Assembly: GCA_020059485.1 (NCBI GenBank)
Contig: JAGVCA010000019.1
Coordinates: forward strand, 24,894-88,893
Direction of reading: 5' to 3'
Length of the DNA stretch: 64,000 nucleotides
Source of the DNA: Anaerolineales bacterium
GTDB taxonomy: Bacteria; Chloroflexota; Anaerolineae; Anaerolineales; UBA11579
Both the position numbers and the translations under genes were made by a program. The notes beneath the pieces are model-generated. The model made no database searches. It worked only from the letters and a program-made list of their open reading frames with translations, and had not been told where the DNA came from. Numbering within the stretch: position 1 is the first letter of the stretch; each line of letters starts with the position of its first letter. Below are positions 28,801 to 36,576 of the stretch, piece after piece.

Positions 28801-28963
28801 GATCCTCGACCAGCACGCTGGGGAGATCATGATCGCATTTTATGATCACTATTTATCCGGCAGCCCGCCGGGCAGAGCGCTGGCCCTGGCGCTGCGGACG
28901 GCCATCAGATCAGGGATCCCACCGTTGGTCTTTGGGGCTGTCCAATGCTGGGGAACAGGTTAA
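25811..28963 (+). CDS. TPR-repeat protein with a C-terminal CHAT (caspase-like) domain
   Basis: 1050 aa with about 600 aa of TPR-like helical repeats. The C-terminal region has ISPHGSLHHLPWAAL, the catalytic-type His in LLHLATH and Cys in VVLSACSG. Confidence 0.85.
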   Translation: MDRQTLLDALTRIGQHQPGGHDDASLFRDLPGLSTQVPDLFAEIQNLSLSHPQSALSAALGLEAALRSLQALPLLQGQSAWLAGWAANYYADTLTAQAALDRAEAVFHRLDSVEGWLAAVAWQRNALPWTRPDFNQAASELQAALAGLERTGMAQFILPCRLALIDALLRIKALVPAQEQLETARREAQDPLEKSRLRLLTASLHRRQMKPDLALASLDGLAEDLRQRSAPVEAAQVEYQSGMTWFLMGSDYATATRCFELALESFVQHRIELWEAACCSMLGQIELILGNPGLSEEWFARARPIYGRYGVLGMQADTYNDSGQLAIRTGDPHRAIELFTAANNLYRQLGLHLSMVTAETNLADALARLGRFQEALQILEKAAEVLKSYDSPFRLATVEYYQGLIWLSLHQPETALDHFKTAEALHFEVEQPEWAAWLRVKQAEVLIATGELDEASQLLDQAAEVFSDKPRRGLVHRLHAVTALKQGNPVAAARSNHLAADLFSAAGLEFELAASKLVGGQIHLQAGETYQARICYQQALEINHELIPEISWQARTGLGECAQADGDPATAFVHYRTACQTLYQTRQSLYQPALSASLVSASLALVDRAVRLSLHHGTPADSLALIDGIKATALNRQLANPLRPTKAGSERLDEMRQEINYLQAELRSAISGAVWEMGQAETLALRHRLLSAAESYAWESDRAARQIQPGAESAAAFNLETFRRHAGQACPQGWAALAYYLSDDDLILLVISPDRFEVRQVLLSPVERLALDACVRRTAQDSDFAILGRTLLPEDLLAGLSPENTLLISPHGSLHHLPWAALQAGRANKPLVARCIPLIVPSLHTFLLLSDRQLEPECRTGLAAGISQHRRYPALPQVQAELNHLKARLPAGSVVLLEEKADWPAIQAAVGSRQFGLLHLATHILHDSRSGRLSRIALLENDIWLDELAGLSPLPGVVVLSACSGMHSLVLDGDEQVGFPATCLASGARTVIGSQRPILDQHAGEIMIAFYDHYLSGSPPGRALALALRTAIRSGIPPLVFGAVQCWGTG

Positions 28964-28970
28964 AAGTCAA

Positions 28971-28998
28971 GAGGGCGGGATAGCGGTATCCCACCCTC
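28971..28998. terminator. Hairpin between convergent genes
   Basis: GAGGGCGGGATA-gcgg-TATCCCACCCTC: a 12-bp stem with one mismatch and no clear U-tract. Confidence 0.3.
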
Positions 28999-29015
28999 CT
29001 GAAGATCAGGGCTTT

Positions 29016-29216
29016 CTAGCCGGGTCCGCCTCCCCCGCCGGAACAACCCTGACATGCCACCGGGAGGACTGGTTGAAGGACTATCGAACCGGGGTAGTGC
29101 CCAAACGATTGGGCCAGATCGATACCAACTTCAACCGGGATCCCGGCCAACCCCAACAGTGCAGATACCAGTACCAACACCGACAGGGCCACACGGAGAG
29201 CCATTTGTAGTGTCAT
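29016..29216 (-). CDS. Candidate 66-aa secreted/membrane-anchored small protein
   Basis: AAAGGAGAAA lies 5 nt upstream of the ATG (29216). MTLQMALRVALSVLVLVSALLGLAG is a signal-like helix. The C-terminus is ACQGCSGGGGGPG. Confidence 0.5.
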   Translation of the reverse strand: MTLQMALRVALSVLVLVSALLGLAGIPVEVGIDLAQSFGHYPGSIVLQPVLPVACQGCSGGGGGPG

Positions 29217-29407
29217 CGCGTTTCTCCTTTCTGGAGGCAACGCTTCATGGGACGTCCCGCCGAAGGATCGGCGTCTCGGAGACACTCCACGCCCGTCCGT
29301 AAGTAAATGTGCTCGTTAGTAGTTATCCCGTTGTCGGGGTCAAATCATGCAAAACTCCCCCCCGATCAGATCACGCCCGGATCTTAGGTCTGCTCGCCCG
29401 GCCCATC

Positions 29408-29416
29408 TGGTAGAAT
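29408..29416 (+). promoter_or_regulatory. Extended -10 promoter (TGGTAGAAT), possibly giving a leaderless mRNA
   Basis: TAGAAT ends 7 nt before the ATG at 29424. No SD is present. Confidence 0.4.
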
Positions 29417-29423
29417 CAAGACC

Positions 29424-30008
29424 ATGCTCAACCTGATCCGAAAATTCAGCAGCAGATTGTTCTTCAACCTGTTCTATCTGCAGTCCCCGCCCTGGGATAC
29501 CGGTGTCTCTCCCCCCGAATTGATGGATTTTATACAGACACACCCGCCCGGACGCGCCCTGGACCTCGGCTGCGGCACCGGGACGAATGTGCTAACCCTG
29601 GCACAGCACGGCTGGCAGGCCTCCGGGGTCGATTTCGTGCCGCGGGCCATCCGGGCAGCCCGGCGCAAACTGCGCCATGCCGGGGTAGAGGCGGTGGTCA
29701 AGGTCGGAGATGTCAGCAGCCCGGCCAGCTTCAGCGGCCGCTACGACCTGATCCTGGACATCGGCTGTTACCATTCTCTCTCCCCTGCCCAGCGCAATTC
29801 CTACCGCCAAATGGTCAGCCGTCATCTGGCGGCCGGGGGCAGCTATCTGCTCTATGGCTTCCTCTCCGAGGATGGCAGCAAGATCGGTCCGGAGGATGTG
29901 GCGGCTTTTGAAAGCCTGTTGGACCTTTACCGGAGAGAGAACGGAGAGGACAACAACCGGGCCGTATCAGCCTGGTTCTGGTTCCGTCCCAGGACAGGAG
30001 CGGCATGA
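29424..30008 (+). CDS. Class I SAM-dependent methyltransferase (TPMT/TehB-like)
   Basis: 194 aa with motif I ALDLGCGTGTN and then GVDFVPRAI. The stop overlaps the next start (ATGA). Confidence 0.8.
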   Translation: MLNLIRKFSSRLFFNLFYLQSPPWDTGVSPPELMDFIQTHPPGRALDLGCGTGTNVLTLAQHGWQASGVDFVPRAIRAARRKLRHAGVEAVVKVGDVSSPASFSGRYDLILDIGCYHSLSPAQRNSYRQMVSRHLAAGGSYLLYGFLSEDGSKIGPEDVAAFESLLDLYRRENGEDNNRAVSAWFWFRPRTGAA

Positions 30009-30937
30009 AATTCCTGTTCCTGTTCATGGATGGGGTCGGCCTTGGCCCATATCACCCGGAGACCAACCCGCTGGCCGCCGCCCCGATGCCGAACCTGATG
30101 GCTCTGCTGGATGGCCGCCGCCTGGTGCGCGCCAGCGCCCCGCTGGAGACCCGGCGCGCCTCACTGCTTGCGCTGGATGCTGTCATGGGCTTGCCGGGCA
30201 TGCCGCAGTCGGCCACCGGTCAGGCCAGCCTGCTGACCGGCAAGGACGTCCCCAGCCTGGTCGGCGAGCACTATGGCCCCAAACCAAACCAGGCTTTGCG
30301 GGACCTGCTGACCGCCGGCAGCCTGTTCAGCGCGCTGGCGCAGGCGGGTTACCAGGCCAAACTGCTGAATGCCTATCCGCAGCGTTATTTCGAAGGGATC
30401 GATTCGGGAAAAAGGTTGTATTCCGCCATTCCGCACGCCGTGGTCAGCGCCGGGATTCCCCTGAACGGAGAAGATGAACTGTACGCCGGAGAAGCGCTCT
30501 CTGCCGATTTCACCGGAGAGGGTTGGCGCACCCACCTGGAGAAAAAAGATGCCCCGGTGTATTCCACCACCGAGGCGGGCCGGCGTCTTGCCCGGATTGC
30601 TTCGCAATCCGATCTGGCCTTCTTTGAATATTGGCCGAGCGATTACGCCGGCCACCGTCAGGACCGTGAGGACGCGCAGCGGCTGCTGACCCAGTTTGAC
30701 GAAGTGCTGGGCGGGTTGCTGGATACCTGGGATGACCAAGAAGGACTGATCCTGATCACCTCCGACCACGGCAATCTGGAAGCGCTGGATACCCGGCGGC
30801 ACACCGAGAATCCCGTCCCCGGACTAGTGATCGGGGCAGAATCACTGCGGCAGCAGTTCACCCGCCAGCTGCACAGCCTGGCAGATGTCGCCCCGGCAAT
30901 CCTGCAGTTTTACCCCGGCGCTTCGATCAGATATTAG
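30005..30937 (+). CDS. Alkaline-phosphatase-superfamily metalloenzyme (cofactor-independent PGM / phosphopentomutase-like)
   Basis: 310 aa. N-terminal LFMDGVGLG (metal Asp), PQSATGQ (candidate nucleophile), ITSDHGN. Confidence 0.65.
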   Translation: MKFLFLFMDGVGLGPYHPETNPLAAAPMPNLMALLDGRRLVRASAPLETRRASLLALDAVMGLPGMPQSATGQASLLTGKDVPSLVGEHYGPKPNQALRDLLTAGSLFSALAQAGYQAKLLNAYPQRYFEGIDSGKRLYSAIPHAVVSAGIPLNGEDELYAGEALSADFTGEGWRTHLEKKDAPVYSTTEAGRRLARIASQSDLAFFEYWPSDYAGHRQDREDAQRLLTQFDEVLGGLLDTWDDQEGLILITSDHGNLEALDTRRHTENPVPGLVIGAESLRQQFTRQLHSLADVAPAILQFYPGASIRY

Positions 30938-30987
30938 TCCTTCACGAAGAGAAATCCCCCTACTCAAACGCTTGCGCACAGGAACGC

Positions 30988-31027
30988 AAAAAAAAGCAGC
31001 GGGTGTGCGCTATACACACCCGCTGCT
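30988..31027 (-). terminator. Intrinsic terminator of the Ser/Thr kinase gene
   Basis: Minus strand: a 12-13-bp GC-rich stem (GCAGCGGGTGTG/CACACCCGCTGC) followed by TTTTTTTT. Confidence 0.85.
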
Positions 31028-31044
31028 AGATTTATGTCCGTTTG

Positions 31045-33057
31045 TTATTGGCAGACAGATTCCAGTTCGGAAAATACATCGGGGGGGATCTCAGGGAACT
31101 GCTCGCGGATCAGATCGGCCAGCCGCAGCGCATTGGAGCAGTCCTCCATTTCCACATACAACCACGCCAGTTCCTGCAGCAAGGCCAGGTCGTTCGCTCT
31201 GACTCCCAATCGTTCGGCTTCCTGCAGCATTTTCCCCATCAGCCCAGCATCTTCTTCCAGATAGTACAGCACCGCCGCCAGGCCGTACGCCGTCCAGCCA
31301 GATTGCTCGCCATTCTCCCAGGCACTTTGATAAAGTTCACGGGCCTTTTGATAGGCCTGTAAACCTTTGTCTACATTGCCGTCCAGGAAATACAGATTGC
31401 CAAGGGTATGCCACAACGCGCCAACCCGATGCACTGCGCTCAACTGCTCAAGGATCTGGATCCCCTTCGGGATTTGTCCGGCCTGGACCGCGCTGAATTC
31501 CAGTTCAAGGTAAGCCATGGTATTGTCCGGATAACGCTGCACAGTGCGTTCAAAGGTGAACAACGCCTGATCCCATTTACCGAGTTCAAGATAGAAATAC
31601 CCTAGTGTCAGGTACGAATCCGGCGGAGCATCCTGGTTGACCTCCAAGCCCATTTCCAGCGTTTGAACCGCCTGGTCGATCTCGCCTTTCTGGTAGAAGG
31701 TCTCCACAGTGCGCGACATAAAGAAATCCCATACCAGCGGATGACGCCGTTCCACCTGGCGGAATAGGAGCCGGGCTTCTTCCACTTTTCCTTCTGCCAT
31801 TAGATCGGAGATCACACCGAGTTCCTGTTGAACATCCTCTGCATCCCCTGCTGGCAGTGCGGTTGGCTCTTCCAGGTTGACTTCTCCTGTCAGGAGCAGC
31901 TCCTGTTCCCCGCCGTTATTTTCGCCAAACATCCTGCCGATGGCGGCCAGTCCAAGCAGTGAACACACCAGGAACAACACCCCCGCGCCTAAAAATACCG
32001 GCCAGCTGCGTTTCTTCTTCCGGGCTGGCTGAGCCGGCGCGCTCCCGGATCCGGTGGCAGCCGGCGGCGTGGCAGATGTGGGCAGCGGGGCGAGCGGAAT
32101 TGCCGGGGGAATGGTATCCTCATCGGCCAACCCGGCTTCGATCTCGGCGACGCCCAATAGGTTGGTTTCCGGCTGGTCAACGGGCAGTGAGCGGATATCG
32201 GTTACCGCTTTCATCTCCGCGGCGGACCAATCCGGATGAGAGACCGCCACCCTCTCCAGCGCTTCCACCATCGCCTGTGCGTTCTGGAAACGGTCTTCCG
32301 GGTTTTTCGCCAGGGCCTTCAGGATGATGCGCTGAAGTTCTTCGGGAACCGCCGGGTTCTTGTCGCGCGGGATCGGCAGCGGATCGACAATGTGCTTCAC
32401 CACCACCGCCATTGGGGTTTCGGCTCGGTAGGGCACCTCGCCAACAGTCATCTCATACAGCATAATGCCGAGCGAATAAATATCTGTGCGGTGGTCGACC
32501 CGCTCGCCCCGCCCCTGTTCCGGAGACATGTAGGCCGGGGTCCCAACCGTCATGCCAGACTGGGTCAGCATGCTGCCGCCGACCATGTGCGCCAGGCCGA
32601 AGTCGGTCAGCAGCGCCCAGTCTGGTTTGGGCAGCAGGATGTTGGAGGGTTTAATATCTCGGTGCACGATCCCGCGCTCGTGGGCGTGCTCCAGCGCGCT
32701 GGCGATCTGGCGGACGAGGTTATAGATCTCTTTCAGAGTGATCGGTTTGGTCAGGCGTTCCTTCAGCGTCCCAGCGTTGACATATTCCATCACAATATAA
32801 GCCAGCCCGTCCTGCTCTCCGGCCTCAAGGACCATCAGGATATTCGGATGGCGCAGATTGGCGATCGCTTTGGCCTCACGTTTGAATCGCTGCAGGAAGG
32901 AGTCATCCTGCTCGGCGTAATACGGGGGCAGGACCTTGATCGCGACATCGCGTTCCAATGAGGGCTGGTAAGCCCGGAATACCGTTGCCATCCCGCCCTT
33001 GCCGATCTGCTCGATGATCTGGTAGTCGCCCAGTTGGCGGCCTTTGAGATCTTCCAT
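31045..33057 (-). CDS. Hanks-type Ser/Thr protein kinase with one TM segment and C-terminal TPR repeats
   Basis: [30 protein letters not shown] and YMSPE. The ATG at 33057 has AGAGGAG upstream. The ORF is open to 33132. Confidence 0.9.
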   Translation of the reverse strand: MEDLKGRQLGDYQIIEQIGKGGMATVFRAYQPSLERDVAIKVLPPYYAEQDDSFLQRFKREAKAIANLRHPNILMVLEAGEQDGLAYIVMEYVNAGTLKERLTKPITLKEIYNLVRQIASALEHAHERGIVHRDIKPSNILLPKPDWALLTDFGLAHMVGGSMLTQSGMTVGTPAYMSPEQGRGERVDHRTDIYSLGIMLYEMTVGEVPYRAETPMAVVVKHIVDPLPIPRDKNPAVPEELQRIILKALAKNPEDRFQNAQAMVEALERVAVSHPDWSAAEMKAVTDIRSLPVDQPETNLLGVAEIEAGLADEDTIPPAIPLAPLPTSATPPAATGSGSAPAQPARKKKRSWPVFLGAGVLFLVCSLLGLAAIGRMFGENNGGEQELLLTGEVNLEEPTALPAGDAEDVQQELGVISDLMAEGKVEEARLLFRQVERRHPLVWDFFMSRTVETFYQKGEIDQAVQTLEMGLEVNQDAPPDSYLTLGYFYLELGKWDQALFTFERTVQRYPDNTMAYLELEFSAVQAGQIPKGIQILEQLSAVHRVGALWHTLGNLYFLDGNVDKGLQAYQKARELYQSAWENGEQSGWTAYGLAAVLYYLEEDAGLMGKMLQEAERLGVRANDLALLQELAWLYVEMEDCSNALRLADLIREQFPEIPPDVFSELESVCQ

Positions 33058-33273
33058 ACATACTCCTCTAATGCATTGCTGACACAGCACAGCCTGCCAA
33101 AATGTCCGGGCAGCCTGGGTCCAGACAGCCACACCGAACCATTATAACTTTACACCAGCACAGGTGCTGCCGCGATAAGGTTCCATTTCAAATCCGGGCA
33201 AAGAACCTGACCGGCGGCTTGCCCGCCAATTTCACAGTCTATACGCTTCAGCACGGAAATGGTTGCAGATGGC

Positions 33274-33302
33274 TTGACAGTCAGTTCAAATTATTGTATA
33301 GT
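33274..33302 (+). promoter_or_regulatory. Near-consensus sigma70 promoter of the GbsR-type regulator operon
   Basis: TTGACA (33274-33279), 17 nt, TATAGT (33297-33302). Confidence 0.75.
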
Positions 33303-33304
33303 TT

Positions 33305-33322
33305 GTTTAGTAATAACTAAAC
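33305..33322 (+). promoter_or_regulatory. Perfect inverted repeat (candidate operator)
   Basis: GTTTAGT-AATA-ACTAAAC lies immediately downstream of the -10 box. Confidence 0.55.
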
Positions 33323-33351
33323 ATTCTATATATACAAAAGGGACTTGTCTC

Positions 33352-33897
33352 GTGACCGGATCAAATTTGGAAAACGCCCGCCAGCACTTCATCCAGGGGA
33401 TGAGCCAGATCAGCAGTTTCTGGGGTTTCCCCAAGGCCATGGGAGCGATCTACGGCGCCATCTACCTCTCCCCCGACCCGATCTCGCTAGACGAACTGGT
33501 CGAGCAGGTCGGGGTCAGCAAGGGAGCGGTCTCAACCAACGTCCGCCAGCTGGAGCGGATGAACATGGTCCACCGCCACCTGCATATCGGCGACCGCAAG
33601 GACTATTACCTGGCGGAAACCGACTTCTGGCAGATCATTCGCTCGATCCTGCGCCAGCGGCAGGAACAGGAATTCGACCGAGCCCTCGGGACGGTCACAG
33701 AGAGCCTGGCGTTGGTGGACGCAGACGGAGAGGATCCTGAGCGGAGCGAGTTCTACCGGCAGCGGATGAAAGCCATGCAGTCCTTCTTCAGATCCTTCGA
33801 CGGCCTGGTCTCCGCCGTGCTGGCACTGGAAGGGCTGATGTCCCTCTCCACCCTCAGGAATGCGCTGGAGCAATCCAGATCCAGCAAGACCAAATAA
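33352..33897 (+). CDS. GbsR/MarR-family transcriptional regulator
   Basis: LENARQHFIQGMSQISSFWGFPKAMGAIYGAIYLSPDPISLDELVEQVGVSKGAVSTNVRQLE matches the GbsR-family N-terminus. The start is taken as GTG 33352, because the ATG at 33259 lies upstream of the promoter. Confidence 0.75.
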   Translation: MTGSNLENARQHFIQGMSQISSFWGFPKAMGAIYGAIYLSPDPISLDELVEQVGVSKGAVSTNVRQLERMNMVHRHLHIGDRKDYYLAETDFWQIIRSILRQRQEQEFDRALGTVTESLALVDADGEDPERSEFYRQRMKAMQSFFRSFDGLVSAVLALEGLMSLSTLRNALEQSRSSKTK

Positions 33898-33919
33898 CCG
33901 TTTACCAATGGAGGTTTCC

Positions 33920-34273
33920 ATGTCTCAGACCCAACTTTTCATTACCGGGATTGCCCTCTCGCTCGCACTTGGCATTGCGGTGTCGGTCTACCTGCGCCGC
34001 CCGCTCCACCGGCTGTTGGTCGAGATCTGCGGCACCGAAGAGCGCGCCGCCTTCTGGACCCAGCTGACCACGCTCAGTTACCTGCTGATGGCCGCGGCCA
34101 CCGGGTTGAGCTACCGCCCGGACAACTTCCTGCCGGATTATTACTATCTCAGCGGCCATCTCGGCCGTACCCTGGTTGGATTGCTGGTCACCACAGCCTT
34201 TGTTTCCCTGACCATGTCCGGGTTTATCCGCCGGCAGGAACGGCTCACCCTGCACGCAGCGCGTGGGCAGTGA
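33920..34273 (+). CDS. Small membrane protein (3 TM), hypothetical
   Basis: The ATG at 33920 is preceded by GGAGG. There are three hydrophobic helices. Confidence 0.6.
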   Translation: MSQTQLFITGIALSLALGIAVSVYLRRPLHRLLVEICGTEERAAFWTQLTTLSYLLMAAATGLSYRPDNFLPDYYYLSGHLGRTLVGLLVTTAFVSLTMSGFIRRQERLTLHAARGQ

Positions 34274-34274
34274 G

Positions 34275-35210
34275 ATGGACAATTGCAAGATCGTCATTAC
34301 CGGCGCTTTCAGTTACACCGGCAGGTACACCGCCCGAAAACTGCTGGACCAGGGCCATACCATCCGCACCTTAACCGGCAACCCTGACCGCTCTGACCCC
34401 TTCAACGGCAAGGTCCTGGCGCTGCCCTTCAACTTTGATAATCCCGCCGCGCTGACCAAAAGCCTGGAAGGCGTCGACACACTGATCAATACCTATTGGG
34501 TCCGTTTCGACCGCGGAGAGACCACCTTCCTGCGGGCGGTCTCCAATATCCGCACGCTCTTCCGGGCTGCCAAACAAGCCGGCGTTGGGCGGGTGGTGCA
34601 TATCTCGATCACCAACCCGGATCCGCAGTCCACCCTCCCCTACTTCTGGGGCAAAGCCATTCAGGAGGAAGACCTGGCCGCCAGTGGACTCCCGTACAGC
34701 ATCCTGCGGCCGACCGTCATTTTTGGGCAGGAGGATATCTTGATCAACAATATTGCCTGGTGCCTGCGCCGCTTCCCGGTCATGCCGATCCCCGGCGATG
34801 GCGAATACCGCCTGCAGCCGATCTTTGTCGGGGACCTGGCTCGACTGGCCGCCGAGCAAGCCGTGGCGGAAGGCAGCCGCACGATCGAAGCCATCGGACC
34901 GGAAACCTACACCTTCAAAGGGCTGGTTGCCATGATCCGCTCAAAGATCGGCAGCCGCTCCCTGATCGTACCCAGCCCGCCTGCTTTGGCCTACCGGTTA
35001 TCGAAATGGGTTGGTAAATTGGTCGGGGATGTCGTGCTGACCCCGGAAGAGGTCATTGGGCTGATGGAAGAAACCCTGTATGTGGATGCGCCCCCGGCCG
35101 GGGATACCCGACTGAGCGAGTGGGTGACGGCCAATGCCGACCACCTCGGCCGGCGATACGCCCACGAGATCAAGCGGCACTACAAAAACGGGTCTGAAGC
35201 GCCCCTCTAG
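34275..35210 (+). CDS. Atypical SDR / NmrA-like NAD(P)-binding protein
   Basis: IVITGAFSYTGRY Rossmann motif. About 311 aa, with layout like NDUFA9/NmrA-type epimerase-fold proteins. Confidence 0.75.
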   Translation: MDNCKIVITGAFSYTGRYTARKLLDQGHTIRTLTGNPDRSDPFNGKVLALPFNFDNPAALTKSLEGVDTLINTYWVRFDRGETTFLRAVSNIRTLFRAAKQAGVGRVVHISITNPDPQSTLPYFWGKAIQEEDLAASGLPYSILRPTVIFGQEDILINNIAWCLRRFPVMPIPGDGEYRLQPIFVGDLARLAAEQAVAEGSRTIEAIGPETYTFKGLVAMIRSKIGSRSLIVPSPPALAYRLSKWVGKLVGDVVLTPEEVIGLMEETLYVDAPPAGDTRLSEWVTANADHLGRRYAHEIKRHYKNGSEAPL

Positions 35211-36523
35211 GGGCAGACATCGGCCGGTTCGAACTCCGGATTGGCGTAGCCGAAGGCGGCTGAGCCCAACGGTGTAAGCACTAAAGCCTCGTTGGACGAA
35301 GCATATTCCCGGGCAGAAGTGCAGCCGCCCTCCAACCCCAGTTCTTCGCTGTCCGTCAGGAAAGCCTCAGCCATCTGCACATAGCCTGCCTGTGCGGAAC
35401 TGCTGTACTGCTCCTTAAGTTCGTCAAACACCGCCATCGCTGCCGGCCGGTCCCCCAGGAAGAGATATGCCACGACCTGCTTGTAATAGGCATACGCGGC
35501 TAAAGTATTGTACTCATCCTCCGGATGTGCCCATTCCAGCAGGCTTTCGCTTTCGATCACATCCTGGAACAGCAATCGGGCGATCTCATATTCTCCCCGG
35601 TCGATGGCGGCTTCGGCATCGTGCAAAGCATGGATCCGGAAAGGTGAAGCGGCCAGGGTCTGGCTGGTCAGTTTCCAGATTCCATCCGCCGTGTCAAATT
35701 CCCAGATATTGATCGTATCCCGCTGCGGGCCGGCACCCACCGAAGCGATCGCGGTGCCGGTTACTTCCAGGCTGTAAATGCCGTCATGGTTAAAGTCGGT
35801 CATCTTGACTTCCGGGTACGGATAGTCCAGTGTGCTACCCTCCAGCCTGGGTTGATACTCCTCCCCATCCCACTGCAAGATCTGCACGCCCTGGAAGCAG
35901 GTGTGTGCGCCGCAGGTCGTACTGCTGTAGACCACCTCCCGCAGCCTGTCAGCATTGATATCCTGGATGTGCAGCAGTCGGGGCGCATGCGAACCAGTCT
36001 CCGAAACGACCACATGTGCGAGGACATACTGGCCATCGACACAGTTCAGGATCAGCATCGCGCCTTCTGGCGGCAGCTGCGGGTTGTAAACCGTCGCCAC
36101 CATTTCGCGCACGCCGTCGCCGTTCAGGTCTTCTGCCCAGACCGGCTGTTCCTCCGGCCCCCATCCATTGATGATCAGCGTAACTGCCAACTCTTCTGAC
36201 GAAGCCCCCGCGTTGAGATAATCCAGGATCACCTGGGGGAAGGATTCATAGTCACTGAAGGCCAGGTCAGGATGATCGGATGGCGGGACGCATACCGCGC
36301 TGGTGGTGGCCGGGATCACCGGCGTGGGTTCCCCCGGCTGTTCGGTGTCCATCGGCGCTTCCTCAGGATCTTCAGTGGAGGCCAGATCTTCTCCTGGTTC
36401 CGGACTGTTTTCTGCCGGAGCAATCGGCTCAGGCGATGGGGTATTCGGTGGCATCAGGCTGTCACAACCGGAAAGGAGTGCGGCCAGGAGCAGGATCAAA
36501 AGGATTGATTTTTTCATTAGCAT
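35207..36523 (-). CDS. Lipoprotein with FG-GAP/VCBS-like repeats and a TPR-like C-terminus
   Basis: Lipobox LLSGC after MLMKKSILLILLLAA. Ca-binding-like repeats DLNGDGVREMV, DINADRLREVV and DFNHDGIYSLEV. Its stop overlaps the convergent SDR stop (CTAG). Confidence 0.7.
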   Translation of the reverse strand: MLMKKSILLILLLAALLSGCDSLMPPNTPSPEPIAPAENSPEPGEDLASTEDPEEAPMDTEQPGEPTPVIPATTSAVCVPPSDHPDLAFSDYESFPQVILDYLNAGASSEELAVTLIINGWGPEEQPVWAEDLNGDGVREMVATVYNPQLPPEGAMLILNCVDGQYVLAHVVVSETGSHAPRLLHIQDINADRLREVVYSSTTCGAHTCFQGVQILQWDGEEYQPRLEGSTLDYPYPEVKMTDFNHDGIYSLEVTGTAIASVGAGPQRDTINIWEFDTADGIWKLTSQTLAASPFRIHALHDAEAAIDRGEYEIARLLFQDVIESESLLEWAHPEDEYNTLAAYAYYKQVVAYLFLGDRPAAMAVFDELKEQYSSSAQAGYVQMAEAFLTDSEELGLEGGCTSAREYASSNEALVLTPLGSAAFGYANPEFEPADVCP

Positions 36524-36576
36524 TTTCCCTGATTTTGAAATTGGAACTATCCCGATTATACTAGTTAGAGAAGGAC

